Shown: positions 6,989 to 16,375 of the stretch, one piece after another
Numbering within the stretch: the first letter of the stretch is position 1
How the letters are laid out: each line of letters starts with the position of its first letter
Assembly (NCBI GenBank): GCA_046757025.1
Contig: JBHHXN010000118.1
Coordinates: 1 to 16,375, forward strand
DNA from: a bacterium
GTDB taxonomy: Bacteria > Zhuqueibacterota > Zhuqueibacteria > Oceanimicrobiales > Oceanimicrobiaceae
Direction: 5' to 3'
Length of the DNA stretch: 16,375 nt
The notes under the pieces: generated by a model
The model's input: the letters and a program-made list of their open reading frames with translations, nothing else
Told to the model about the DNA's origin: nothing
Databases searched by the model: none
Made by a program: the position numbers and the translations under genes

Positions 6989-7316
6989 GTAAATTTACCC
7001 AAAATTGGTAAAAATATCGGGAAAGACTTTCTGGCCTTGAAATATTAACTCTGTGTTTTTTTGAGAGCATGGATTTCGGATTTGACTTTTGCCATTATTT
7101 GATGTAACTTTACACAAAATAACAACTCGAATATCCCTGAAGACGCATACACCCGCATCAATTCATTAGGCGAATAGTCTTTCCACGGTGTAATTGCCAT
7201 ACCGGTACTTTGCTTTGCTTTCACCTGACGAAACGAATATTATGAAACAAGTTCGTGATTTTTTGCATCTTTCCAGTTGTGTTGGAGTTGTCCAAATAGT
7301 CCCTCTATGCACACCA

Positions 7317-7412
7317 CTTCATGCTGAGCGCAATCCAAGCACGGCTTTTTTAATGAACTTACAACACCCTGCGACGCAGTTTATCCTGAGTTCAGCAAAA
7401 GGCTCAAGGTGA
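7317..7412. repeat. Degenerate REP-like copies
   Basis: 7317-7341 CTTCATGCTGAGCGCAATCCAAGCA matches the reverse complement of 89-113 at 22/25 positions. A further degenerate CCTGAG...AAGG unit lies at 7365-7412. Confidence 0.55.
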
Positions 7413-7587
7413 AGAAACCAGGCTTTTTGGAAAACCCCCAATCGATTCAAATAGATCGTTGGCAATTGGCCTTGATTTTTCGGTTTTTTGACGCTGACTC
7501 GGAATTCGTCACTTTTGCCGATCAACTGCTCTGTAACGGAAAACCAGGTGTTCGACAATTATTTTTAATAAAATGAAAGGAATCCCA

Positions 7588-7992
7588 ATGCCAAACGATT
7601 TTCCAGCCGCAGGTATGGAATTAACCCATATTTTAGTCACAAATAACTTTGAAAAATCCAAACATTTTTATGCGGATATTTTGGGAGCGGAGTTATTTAG
7701 GGAATATGGCGGTTCTTCAGCCGTATTTAATTTTCTGGGCAGCTGGCTCCTGATCGTCACAGGGGGCGGACCGACCGAAGACAAACCTGAGATCACCTTT
7801 GCTGCTCCCCAAGAAATCAATTCGGTCAGTCACGCCATGACCATACGCGTCCCGGACTGTCAAAAGGCGTACGAAATTTTAAAATCACGCGGAGCAGAGT
7901 TCATCACGCCGCCCGTCGATTGGGGCGCCGAGATTCGCTGCTTTTTCAGGGATCCAGACGGGCATTTACTGGAAATCAGCCAGAGCATTTGA
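7588..7992 (+). CDS. VOC family (glyoxalase/bleomycin resistance) protein
   Basis: Motifs LTHILVT..FEKSKHFYADILG, GAEFITPPVDWG and CFFRDPDGHLLEI. AAGGA RBS precedes the ATG at 7588; 7573 is an alternative start. Confidence 0.92.
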   Translation: MPNDFPAAGMELTHILVTNNFEKSKHFYADILGAELFREYGGSSAVFNFLGSWLLIVTGGGPTEDKPEITFAAPQEINSVSHAMTIRVPDCQKAYEILKSRGAEFITPPVDWGAEIRCFFRDPDGHLLEISQSI

Positions 7993-8035
7993 TAAACATA
8001 AGTTGAGAAAAACACTTCGCCTCTGATTGACCCAA

Positions 8036-9439
8036 CTATTTGGCATACACCAGATACGCCCAGGGTTGCAGATTCAGCGATGTCTGCGCTTCGAATGTTC
8101 GCGGCTGTTCAGCGAATACATCCTGGTAAGCGCCCGCCAGCTGGGCGCTGGACAAAGTTACCGCCTGTTCTTGGTCGGTCAGATTTAAGATGACCAGCAC
8201 CTTATGTCCCTCCTTTTCTCTAACAAAAGCCAGCACGGCTTCATCGTTTGATGTTCTGATCCGCTGCACGGCTCCGCCCTGCTCTCCGTTCCAAAGCGCC
8301 CGGTTTTTCGTTTTTAAATGGAGCAGTTTTTGATATAGATCCGCCAGATCATGTTTGCGCCATTCGATAAGGTCTTTTTCAAAAAAGGCCAGTCTTTTAT
8401 TCAATCCGGCTTCCTGACCGCTGTAGATCAAAGGCATGCCCGGAAGGGTGCCCGCGAGCACGGCAAAGGTGTTCGCCGCCTTTCCCAGCCGCTCGTAAAC
8501 TGTGCCATTCCAGCTGTTTTCATCGTGATTGCTGGTAAAGATCATGCGGTACGCGGAGGCAGGATACTCACTGGCCTCTTTTTTCAGTTGAGCATCTATG
8601 TGGGCCGCCGACTTTTCACCTTTAGCAATACTATTCATTAACCGATACAGCTCCCAGCTGTAGGTCATGTCAAAAGCCTGCTCGTGCAATTCCGGCGTTT
8701 CCCATTCGGCCAGCAGAAAGACGGGCTTAATTCTGTCTAATTCAACCCGCACTTCATTCCAGAAATCCGTTGGCACCATACCGGCCACGTCGCAGCGGAA
8801 ACCGTCGATATCCGTATCCTGCACCCAAAATTTCATGACGTCGATCATGTATTCACGCAGCTCCTGGTTATCGTAATTCAAGTCGATAACATCCGACCAG
8901 TCCGGCACCGGCGGCACAAAATTCTCTTGCTCGTCCTTTGTGTACCAATCCGGATGCTGGACAGCCAGGGGATTGTCCCAGGCTGTGTGGTTGGCTACCC
9001 AGTCGATGAGTACATACATGTCCAGGCTGTGGATTTTTTCAACCAGCGCCTTGAATTCCTCCAGCGTTCCGAACTCGGGATTAACAGCACGATAATCTTT
9101 CACCGAATAGTAACTGCCCAGACGGCCCTTTCGATTGACTTCGCCGATGGGATGAATGGGCATGAACCAGAGAATGCGCACCCCCATTTCCTGCAAACGG
9201 GGTAAATGATTTTCAAACTCGGCGAAAGTGCCACCTGGTGTATATTGCCGCAAGTTGACTTCGTAAATATTGGCATGGACGCTCCATTCGGGATGTTTGA
9301 CGATTGAAACTGCGGCATTCTCTTTTGCAGATATCGAAGTGCTCTGGGTACAAGCGGATAGGCTCCCCAAACACCAAAATAGCCAAACCTGAATACCAAG
9401 CCGGCGAATGGGTTGAATAATGGCGTATAATTGCGTCAT
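8036..9439 (-). CDS. GH13 alpha-amylase family glycoside hydrolase, probable lipoprotein
   Basis: Conserved GH13 regions DWVANH, DGFRCDVA (nucleophile Asp), LAEW (acid/base Glu) and NHDE. AAAGGA RBS precedes the ATG at 9439. Lipobox-like LSA-C. Confidence 0.93.
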   Translation of the reverse strand: MTQLYAIIQPIRRLGIQVWLFWCLGSLSACTQSTSISAKENAAVSIVKHPEWSVHANIYEVNLRQYTPGGTFAEFENHLPRLQEMGVRILWFMPIHPIGEVNRKGRLGSYYSVKDYRAVNPEFGTLEEFKALVEKIHSLDMYVLIDWVANHTAWDNPLAVQHPDWYTKDEQENFVPPVPDWSDVIDLNYDNQELREYMIDVMKFWVQDTDIDGFRCDVAGMVPTDFWNEVRVELDRIKPVFLLAEWETPELHEQAFDMTYSWELYRLMNSIAKGEKSAAHIDAQLKKEASEYPASAYRMIFTSNHDENSWNGTVYERLGKAANTFAVLAGTLPGMPLIYSGQEAGLNKRLAFFEKDLIEWRKHDLADLYQKLLHLKTKNRALWNGEQGGAVQRIRTSNDEAVLAFVREKEGHKVLVILNLTDQEQAVTLSSAQLAGAYQDVFAEQPRTFEAQTSLNLQPWAYLVYAK

Positions 9440-9680
9440 CGCTGTCCTTTTTTTCAGCGATTGACCGAAAACAATCTTTTCCTGTCTCAGCAATTCGCAA
9501 ACCGGATAAACAACTAGATTCGAGTTTTCGGTCAATCGCTATTTCATCAAAACTTCGAGCGATTCCTGGCAAGCAGGAATCATTCTGTCAGTTCTCAGCT
9601 GAAGCAACCACCAGATAAACGACCTCCCTGAGCTAATCACAAACCACCAAAGTTCATGTTGTCCGTTCGGTGTTTTGTTT

Positions 9681-12600
9681 TCAGTTGGTGCCTTCTGCGG
9701 GCTTTTTTAGCTTGGATTTAATCATCACCGCCGGCACGGCATTTTCATGCACCAATTGATTGAAAGCCGGCAGATCTTTTTCCATAATTTCCCGTAGTTT
9801 GCCCAATTCGGTGTCGATCTTGGCCACCAGCTCTGCTTTCACAGCCACCGCCTGATCCGTCGGACGGAAGTCGCCTCGGCTCACCACACCGGCCAACGCA
9901 GCGAGCTTGTTGTTCAACCGAATGGGGAAATTCAGCGGATCCTGTCGGCTTTGATTTTTCGTCTGGTAAAGTTTTTTCTCGATTTCCGACACTTTTTTAA
10001 CCAGCGCTTTGCCGGCCTCCTCGATCTTGTCGGCGCCCGCTTGCTCTTTCAGTTTGCCCGTAACCGACTTCACCTGCTGCCGTACTTCCCGAATTTGTTT
10101 GATGCGGGTGTGGGTTTCCGTCAGCTTGTCCCGCACCGCGATGAGAAAATCGAACTGTGCTTGTAAATCCTTCTGAGAGGAAGACGAGCGGGGATCCTTT
10201 AAAATATCAAAATCCACGCTCATGGAATCTTCTCCCACGATCAGGCGAGCCTGATAATTGCCCGGCACCGCTTTAGGACCACGCAATCCGCCAGCCCACA
10301 TAATCAGACCCTTAAATCCTTCGGCGTCCGCATAATTCATGTTCCAAACAAACTGGTTCATGCCTTTTTCGACGGCCAACCGATCTCCTCTTTCTTTTGC
10401 TTTGGGAGTAAAACGCTTGATGAGCGATCCATCTGTCTCCAGGATTTTGAGCGCCACGGTGTTGCTGTCTGGCGGCAGGTTGAAATGATATCGCAGTACC
10501 ACGCCGTTGGGCGGATTGGCTCCGGCGTTTGCCGGATTACGGGAGAATCCACCGCGCAAACGGTAGGTCGGGCGGGGCTGAAAAAGCCAGAAATCGCGGC
10601 TGGCGATTTCCCCGGACAACTGGTGCAGCGGGGTCAAATCATCCATCACCCAGAAAGAACGCCCCTGGGTCGCGACGATGAGATCGTCATTTTTAAGGGT
10701 CAAATCGGTGATGGGAACGATGGGCAAATTCATTTGAAACGATTTCCAACTGGCGCCATCGTCAAATGAAATGTACATCCCGCTTTCAGTACCGGCGTAC
10801 AAAAGTCCACGCCGTTTGGGGTCTGCGCGAATCACGCGGGTGAAATGCAGCTCATCGATGCCCTTGGTAATTTTTTTCCAGCTCTTGCCGTAGTCGGTGG
10901 TTTTGTAAAGATAAGGGTGAAAATCATCCGACTTGTACAGGGTCGCAGCCACGTACAGCCCGCCCGGCTCAAACGGGTGCGGTTCCAGGCTGTTGATCTG
11001 AATCCACTCCGGCATGATTTTTTTCGAAGGTGTGACGTTTTGCCAGTTTTTACCGCCGTCGCGGGTGACGTAGATCAAGCCATCGTCGGAGCCGGTCCAG
11101 ATAACGCCGGCTTCGTGCGGACTTTCAACGGCCGCAAAAATCGTGGCGTAGTATTCCACGCTGGTGTTGTCTTTGGTGATGGGACCGCCGGAAGGCCCGA
11201 GCTTAGTGCTGTCGTAACGTGTGAGGTCCGGACTGATGGCCTGCCAGCTCTGGCCTTCGTTGGTGGTTTTAAACAAAACATTGCCGGCGGTGTACAGGGT
11301 GTTGGCATCGTGCGGCGAAAAGAAGATGGGAAAATTCCACTGGAATCGATATTTCATGCCTTCGGCGCCGTGTCCCATAGGATTGTCCGGCCAGACATTT
11401 ACCGCCCGGCTTTCGTTGGTTTGGTGATTGACTCTGGTTAAAAATCCCCCGTAAGAACCGCCATACACGATGTCGGGATTTTCAGGATGCGGGGCGATAT
11501 GGCCGCTTTCGCCGCCGGCAGTAGGCTCCCAGTCGCGTTCGCCAATACTGCCGCTGCTTGATCGGTGCACGATGCGCACGGTGGAATTGTCCTGCTGCGC
11601 GCCGTAGATGCGATAGGGAAAATGGTTGTCTGTGGTTACGCGATAGAATTGCGCCGTGGGCTGATTGTGGTAAGTACTCCAGCCTTCGCCGCCGTTGTAA
11701 GTGATCTGTGCGCCGCCGTCGTCGCCCACGATCATGCGTTGGGGACTTTCAGGCGCGATCCACAAATCGTGATGGTCGCCGTGTGGGGTGCGAATGCTTT
11801 CATAGGTTTTACCGCCGTCTTTGGAGCGCCAGAAGCGCACGTTGAGCACATAGACGATGTCCTCATTTTGCGGATCCGCGTAGATACGCGTGTAGTACCA
11901 GGCGCGCTGGCGCAGTTTGCGCTCGTCGTTGATCTTACGCCATTTTTCACCGCCGTCATCCGAGCGGAACACCCCGCCGTCTTTGGCTTCGATGATAGCC
12001 CAGATGCGGTTGGGATTGGCTGGCGAAATCGTTACACAATTGATTCCCACGACCCCCTGGGGCAAACCCTCATTGCGGGTAATCTCATTCCAGGTGTCGC
12101 CACCGTCGGTGGACTTCCAGATGCCGGAGCCTTCACCGCCGCTTTCCAGGCTGTAGGGCGTGCGTTTCACCCGCCACATACTGGCATAAAGTACGCGAGG
12201 GTTAGTGGCGTCCATGGCGATGTCCACGGCTCCGACTTCATTGCTGACAAACAAAATTCGCTTCCAGGTGGCGCCGCCGTCCTGACTGCGGTAAATACCG
12301 CGCTCTTCGTTGGGGCCAAACAAATGACCGAGCACCGCGGCATAAACCAGATTCGGGTTTCTTGGATGAATTCGAATGCGGGGAATGTGCCGAGAATCTT
12401 TAAGACCGCTCTGCTTCCAGGTTTTGCCCGCGTCCATGGATTTCCATACTCCGTAACCGTGCGAAACGTTTCCACGCACTGTGACTTCCCCTCCGCCAAC
12501 ATAAATGACATTGTGATCCCATTCACTCACCGCCACGGCGCCGATGGAACCGCCAAAGAATCCATCCGAAATATTTTTCCAGCTCTGACCGCCGTCTGTG

Positions 12601-12845
12601 GTTCGCCAGACTCCGCCGCCGGTGCCGCCAAAATAATAGGTCATGGGATCGCCGGGTACGCCGGTCACCGCGGCCGATCGCCCGCCGCGATAGGGGCCAA
12701 TGCTGCGGTATTTCAGAGCCTGGTACAAAGACTCGTCAAAATCAACGGGTTTCTGAGCATAAGCGAATTGGAAAATGCTGCAAACCAGAACCACCGCCCA
12801 GAGCAAGATTTGGTTGTAACGCACTCGATGCCATTTTAAACGCAT
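9681..12845 (-). CDS. Large secreted BNR/Asp-box (VPS10/sortilin-like beta-propeller) protein, usually annotated glycosyl hydrolase
   Basis: About 11 (S/T)xD(G/A)GxxW Asp-box repeats, N-terminal YRSIGPYRGGRS, a signal peptide and a C-terminal coiled coil. AGGAGG RBS precedes the ATG at 12845. Confidence 0.9.
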   Translation of the reverse strand: MRLKWHRVRYNQILLWAVVLVCSIFQFAYAQKPVDFDESLYQALKYRSIGPYRGGRSAAVTGVPGDPMTYYFGGTGGGVWRTTDGGQSWKNISDGFFGGSIGAVAVSEWDHNVIYVGGGEVTVRGNVSHGYGVWKSMDAGKTWKQSGLKDSRHIPRIRIHPRNPNLVYAAVLGHLFGPNEERGIYRSQDGGATWKRILFVSNEVGAVDIAMDATNPRVLYASMWRVKRTPYSLESGGEGSGIWKSTDGGDTWNEITRNEGLPQGVVGINCVTISPANPNRIWAIIEAKDGGVFRSDDGGEKWRKINDERKLRQRAWYYTRIYADPQNEDIVYVLNVRFWRSKDGGKTYESIRTPHGDHHDLWIAPESPQRMIVGDDGGAQITYNGGEGWSTYHNQPTAQFYRVTTDNHFPYRIYGAQQDNSTVRIVHRSSSGSIGERDWEPTAGGESGHIAPHPENPDIVYGGSYGGFLTRVNHQTNESRAVNVWPDNPMGHGAEGMKYRFQWNFPIFFSPHDANTLYTAGNVLFKTTNEGQSWQAISPDLTRYDSTKLGPSGGPITKDNTSVEYYATIFAAVESPHEAGVIWTGSDDGLIYVTRDGGKNWQNVTPSKKIMPEWIQINSLEPHPFEPGGLYVAATLYKSDDFHPYLYKTTDYGKSWKKITKGIDELHFTRVIRADPKRRGLLYAGTESGMYISFDDGASWKSFQMNLPIVPITDLTLKNDDLIVATQGRSFWVMDDLTPLHQLSGEIASRDFWLFQPRPTYRLRGGFSRNPANAGANPPNGVVLRYHFNLPPDSNTVALKILETDGSLIKRFTPKAKERGDRLAVEKGMNQFVWNMNYADAEGFKGLIMWAGGLRGPKAVPGNYQARLIVGEDSMSVDFDILKDPRSSSSQKDLQAQFDFLIAVRDKLTETHTRIKQIREVRQQVKSVTGKLKEQAGADKIEEAGKALVKKVSEIEKKLYQTKNQSRQDPLNFPIRLNNKLAALAGVVSRGDFRPTDQAVAVKAELVAKIDTELGKLREIMEKDLPAFNQLVHENAVPAVMIKSKLKKPAEGTN

Positions 12846-12969
12846 GTTCTCTCTCCTCCTTTTAATTGTGATGATGAAAATGGTTAGAATTGATTTAGAA
12901 ACTATGCCTTTCCACAGACGCTGTTGCGAAAAGATGGCTGACGCAGTCAACACCAGTTCGGGCGCCTTA

Positions 12970-13051
12970 AACACTCGGTGACCCCTTCGGTGACAACCGG
13001 GGTTGGTTATTGAACTAACACCCCGGCGGTCCGAAGGACGCCAGGAGTGTT
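12970..13051. repeat. Long imperfect inverted repeat (pair of REP-like units, second family)
   Basis: Nested complementary blocks AACACTC/GAGTGTT, CCTTCGG/CCGAAGG and CCGGGGT/ACCCCGG. Confidence 0.55.
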
Positions 13052-13121
13052 GCTTGCAGTTTAATCCTTTTCAAAAAGATAGCACCCCAAACCTTCATGC
13101 AAATATTTTGATTTAATACAT

Positions 13122-13460
13122 TCAGCTACGGATGATTTCATTAATTCCTTCAATTATATATTCTAATTCCTCAGGGAGATACCTTACCTAATTTTTTTTA
13201 ATTCTTAAAGTTGATAAAGTTCTAATCTAACTTATTTTCACCCATGAGTGCTTTGGCAATTCCGAGGTTGATAATTCTAATGTAAGTGGGAAACCTGCTC
13301 TTTGAGGTTGACTGGTTAAGGCTAACGCAATGACAGTTCCAGAACATTCATTAAAAATATTGTTGCTAAATATTAGAACCGGTCTAAGACCAGCCTGCTC
13401 ATGTCCAATGGTCGGGTTAAAATCTGCCCAATACACCTCACCTCTCAATATTGTGGCCAT
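13122..13460 (-). pseudogene. mazF: PemK/MazF-family mRNA interferase toxin, inactivated
   Basis: N-terminus reads [25 protein letters not shown]. The same frame continues SWVKIS*IRTLSTLRIKKN*VRYLPEELEYIIEGINEIIRS to TGA at 13122-13124 (113 codons) with two internal TAG stops. Confidence 0.85.
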
Positions 13461-13687
13461 AACTCAAGATCGTGGGACAGACCTTCTTCAGCCATTGACT
13501 GTTCGAGCTCAGGATCGAATTTTGCACACTCTTTAGCCAGTCGACTTTTATCAATTCGAATTAATTTTTCTCTTACTGCTTCTTGTATGATGTTGCTTCG
13601 ATTCGGATAAACTTTCTCCTTTACAAGAAGGTCGAGTTTCTTAAGAAGTTGGCTGTCAATTGTCATGGCTACTTTTGCTGTTGACAT
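13445..13687 (-). CDS. Ribbon-helix-helix (CopG/NikR-like) antitoxin, 80 aa
   Basis: RHH pattern [19 protein letters not shown]....[14 protein letters not shown] and an acidic C-terminus. It overlaps the toxin start. GGAG RBS precedes the ATG at 13687. Confidence 0.88.
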   Translation of the reverse strand: MSTAKVAMTIDSQLLKKLDLLVKEKVYPNRSNIIQEAVREKLIRIDKSRLAKECAKFDPELEQSMAEEGLSHDLELWPQY

Positions 13688-13705
13688 CGAATTCTCCATT
13701 AATTG

Positions 13706-13724
13706 GTATGATTCATCGTCATAC
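13706..13724. promoter_or_regulatory. Probable TA autoregulatory operator
   Basis: Inverted repeat GTATGA-N7-TCATAC just upstream of the antitoxin RBS. It overlaps a candidate -10 (CTGACA-N16-TAAAGT on the minus strand). Confidence 0.55.
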
Positions 13725-14145
13725 TTTACACTTTTTAAATAAAATGTCAGTTTTATTGTCAAATTTCACGCTCGCAGGGGATTTACACCCCCATGCCTTT
13801 CTACCATGAAATTCCCTGTGAGCGACAAATTTTTACGGCACGTACTTTTTTAGTCATTTACGATCACCTCGTGATAATTGTTATTCTTTGAATCAGTTGA
13901 TACTCATTTTTTAAAATATAAGACAACTGCAGATCAAAACCAACGATATTTTTCGCTTGTTTCCAAATTAGTCAAATCACTTGGCGTATGTTTGTTTCAA
14001 CCGCAGAGAAAGTTTCCAACCCGTGTTTCGTCCAGTAACGTCCGATTGTTTTAGTTCAAACCCAATTGGATTTCCTCCCGTTTTCGACTTGATTTGTAGT
14101 ACCGCGCTTGCTCGCAACTAACAGAGGAAAATTTGGCCATCCATT

Positions 14146-15480
14146 CTACTCGATTCGCAAATTCCCTATAAGCTGCTCGATTACCAGACGCGTGATGCGC
14201 GCCTGGTAACGGGCTACGATGAGCGTGGATTGCGCCCGAATCAGGTTGACCTGCGCATCGCGGAATTCCAGCGAGCTGGCGCTGCCGATCTGGAATCGAT
14301 CCTGCTGCAATTGCAGGTTTTGCTCTGCCGCCAGCACATTTTGCTGTTCAAGCTGCACCAACTGCATGCGTTTGTGAAAGGTTTCGTATTTTTCACGGAC
14401 CAAACCGGACAATTCATTGCGTGCATTTCGCAAAGACAATTCCCGATTGCGGGCTTCCAGTAAGGCGTTTTGCAGGTCGATTTTGTTGCGAAAGCCGTTG
14501 AATAGATTAAAGGAAAAATTCAGCGCCACGCTGGCGTCGGTGCTTTTGTTGGTGATTTCTTCAGGAAAGGCTGGATTGTCGCTGGTATTTGACGACGTGC
14601 GGTCGGTCATGCCATAATTCGCGATCAAAAAAACCCGCGGGAAAAAAGTCGATCTGGAGGATTTGACATCATGCTCGGCGATGCGCTTATTTTGTTTCGC
14701 GACCATTAAACCGCTGTTGTGTTTTTCCGCCAGCTCCTGCAATTCGGAGATATCCAGGTTGAGCGGCGAAATAAGGATTTCTTTTTTCACCGCAATTTCC
14801 GTATCGGGTTCCTGAGCCAGCAAAATGTTCAAATCTTTACGGGCGATCAGCACCTGCAGCTCCTGATTCAACACAGAAGCCTCATCGTTGTTAAACGCCA
14901 CCCGCGCGTTCAGCAAATCGGTAGAGGAGACGCCCCCCAATTCATTGCGCACCTGCTCCTTTTGTAGACGGGTTTGCGAGATATCGCGCGCATTGCGGGC
15001 CACGTCCAGAAGCTGTTCCTGCTGCACCAGATTGAAATACGCCGCTAATATCGCCACCACGGTATTTTCGATGACATTGCGGGCCTGAAATTCACCCAGG
15101 CGGGCCAGCTCATTAAATCGGCTTTTGTCCGCAAACATTTTGAAACCATCGAACAACGTCCAATTCAAGGTTAACTGCGCGTTTTTGGATTCGGCATCCG
15201 ATTTGCCGCCGGGAATGAACGGATGGTTGGTTTCCAGATCGGAAGTTGACCGCGCGTAATTACCCGTGGCCTCGAGAATCGGTAAAAAAGCCGCCGTTCC
15301 CTGCCCGGCGTTGTTGCGGGCCACATCGGCATTGTTGCGGGCGATCTGAATATCGTAATTATTTTTCAAACCCAGCTTGATGGCGTCTTCTACCGTCATT
15401 TCGTTTTGAGCCGTCAGCGGTAAGTTGAACAACAGCAAACAAACGAAGGATTGCACCGTGATCGTTTTCACTCTCATCAT
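14146..15480 (-). CDS. TolC-family outer membrane efflux protein
   Basis: Signal peptide and EDAIKLGLKNNYDIQIA. Two OEP repeats (LNWTLFDGF, FSFNLFNGF) and RFQIGSASSLEFRDAQ. Lies downstream of an RND permease. Confidence 0.92.
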   Translation of the reverse strand: MMRVKTITVQSFVCLLLFNLPLTAQNEMTVEDAIKLGLKNNYDIQIARNNADVARNNAGQGTAAFLPILEATGNYARSTSDLETNHPFIPGGKSDAESKNAQLTLNWTLFDGFKMFADKSRFNELARLGEFQARNVIENTVVAILAAYFNLVQQEQLLDVARNARDISQTRLQKEQVRNELGGVSSTDLLNARVAFNNDEASVLNQELQVLIARKDLNILLAQEPDTEIAVKKEILISPLNLDISELQELAEKHNSGLMVAKQNKRIAEHDVKSSRSTFFPRVFLIANYGMTDRTSSNTSDNPAFPEEITNKSTDASVALNFSFNLFNGFRNKIDLQNALLEARNRELSLRNARNELSGLVREKYETFHKRMQLVQLEQQNVLAAEQNLQLQQDRFQIGSASSLEFRDAQVNLIRAQSTLIVARYQARITRLVIEQLIGNLRIE

Positions 15481-15919
15481 TTAACAAATTCTTTCAATCA
15501 AATGGTTTGGTTTATTAGAAATTGATTTTCCACCTCAGCCGCTTGATACCTTCAGCAAACGTAACCACGGAGAGGTATAGGGTATAAGGGATTATTGGTC
15601 CCGTCCTGAAAAAAGTTGAAGGCTTTTATCATCCGTTTATCATACCTTTTTACGGTTTGTACGCCACGACCCCGGCATGGTTAATTCCACGATTTGGTTC
15701 TTCGTATTCTTGCACATTGTGAGTTATCTGTAACAGTTCACCCCGTAAGTGTTTGGACGCTGATAAACGCAGATAATCGCTGATTTTTTGGAAAACTTTT
15801 TGACAACTGGTTTCATCAGGCTTTAGCTCATCTTTTGACACTTTTCAATATCCATGTTTTGGTCTTTAATCTGTGGCAATCAGCGAAAATTAGTGTCCTA
15901 AAAAGCAGCTGAGCTTGAA

Positions 15920-16375
15920 TCAACCGAGCTTCGCGCTTTGCAGTTCTTTCACAGCCGGTTCCACCATCTCGGGTAAAACACTGGTTTCAGAAAACAAACT
16001 GCTCCACCAGACGCGCAATTTATTCAATAGCAAATAGCCGGCAGGCAGAACCAGCAATAGAATAAACGTGCCAAACAACAACCCATAAGCCACAGACAGG
16101 GCCATGGGAATGAGAAACTGTGCCTGACGGCTGGTTTCCAGAATAATTGGCGCCAGGCCGAAAACCGTCGTAAAGGTGGTCAGCAAAATGGGCCGCAGAC
16201 GCGCCAGACCCGCGTTGAAAACGGCATCGTAAACTTTTTGTCCTGCTTTGAGATTGCGGTTGATCTGATCCACAAACACGATGCTGTCATTGATGATGAT
16301 ACCCGATAGGGCAATAATTCCGTACATTGAAAGAAACGAAAGCTGCACCCCCTGAATGCCGTGCCCCCAAACCGC
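15920..16375 (-). CDS. AcrB/AcrD/AcrF-family RND efflux permease, C-terminal fragment (continues beyond the window)
   Basis: Motifs GIIALSGIIINDSIVFVD, RLRPILLTTFTTVFGLAP and PMALSVAYGLLFGT. The frame stays open to the window edge (AVWGHGIQGVQLSF). Confidence 0.93.
   Translation of the reverse strand, partial: AVWGHGIQGVQLSFLSMYGIIALSGIIINDSIVFVDQINRNLKAGQKVYDAVFNAGLARLRPILLTTFTTVFGLAPIILETSRQAQFLIPMALSVAYGLLFGTFILLLVLPAGYLLLNKLRVWWSSLFSETSVLPEMVEPAVKELQSAKLG

Noticed and set aside
7046..7558. Short ORFs 7194-7412 (+), 7319-7558 (-) and a ~50-60-codon minus-strand ORF ending near 7046
   Set aside because: No recognisable domain or convincing RBS. The first two run through degenerate REP repeats.
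11565..12839. 424-aa plus-strand ORF (also 10845-11441 and other overlapping ORFs)
   Set aside because: These are antisense shadows of the well-supported BNR-repeat gene in a GC-richer region, with no recognisable motifs.
13227..13229. TAG readthrough or recoding (pyrrolysine or alternative code) in the toxin
   Set aside because: TAG serves as a normal stop for other genes in the window (207, 1010, 6679, 8036, 14146), and additional indels point to decay.
15650..15841. 63-aa ORF between the RND and TolC genes
   Set aside because: GTG start with a weak RBS and no recognisable family. It cannot be supported as a gene.

Overview
Bacterial window from a diderm organism. The gene style resembles FCB-related lineages such as KSB1/Calditrichota, but that is inference only. 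The left part (207-5194, all minus strand) is a regulatory cluster. It holds a triple-PAS sigma54 enhancer-binding protein, an exported protein, and a putative sigma54 promoter with tandem TGT-N10-AC(A/C) enhancer sites. That promoter sits upstream of a STAS-like gene, a stand-alone sigma region-2 gene and an ECF sigma factor with no adjacent anti-sigma. The middle holds a lipoprotein and a divergent secreted helical protein (6230-6679) with an ECF-type promoter. Downstream of that gene is an unannotated ~64-nt small RNA candidate (minus strand, ~6890-6953). It has a perfect TTGACA-17-TATAAT promoter and its own terminator, and its 5' end is exactly complementary to the RBS and start codon of the 6230 gene. 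The rest of the window contains a VOC protein, a GH13 lipoprotein, a large BNR/VPS10 beta-propeller protein, an RHH antitoxin with a pseudogenised MazF toxin, a TolC-family protein and the 3' end of an RND permease. REP-like palindromes are scattered through the intergenic regions.
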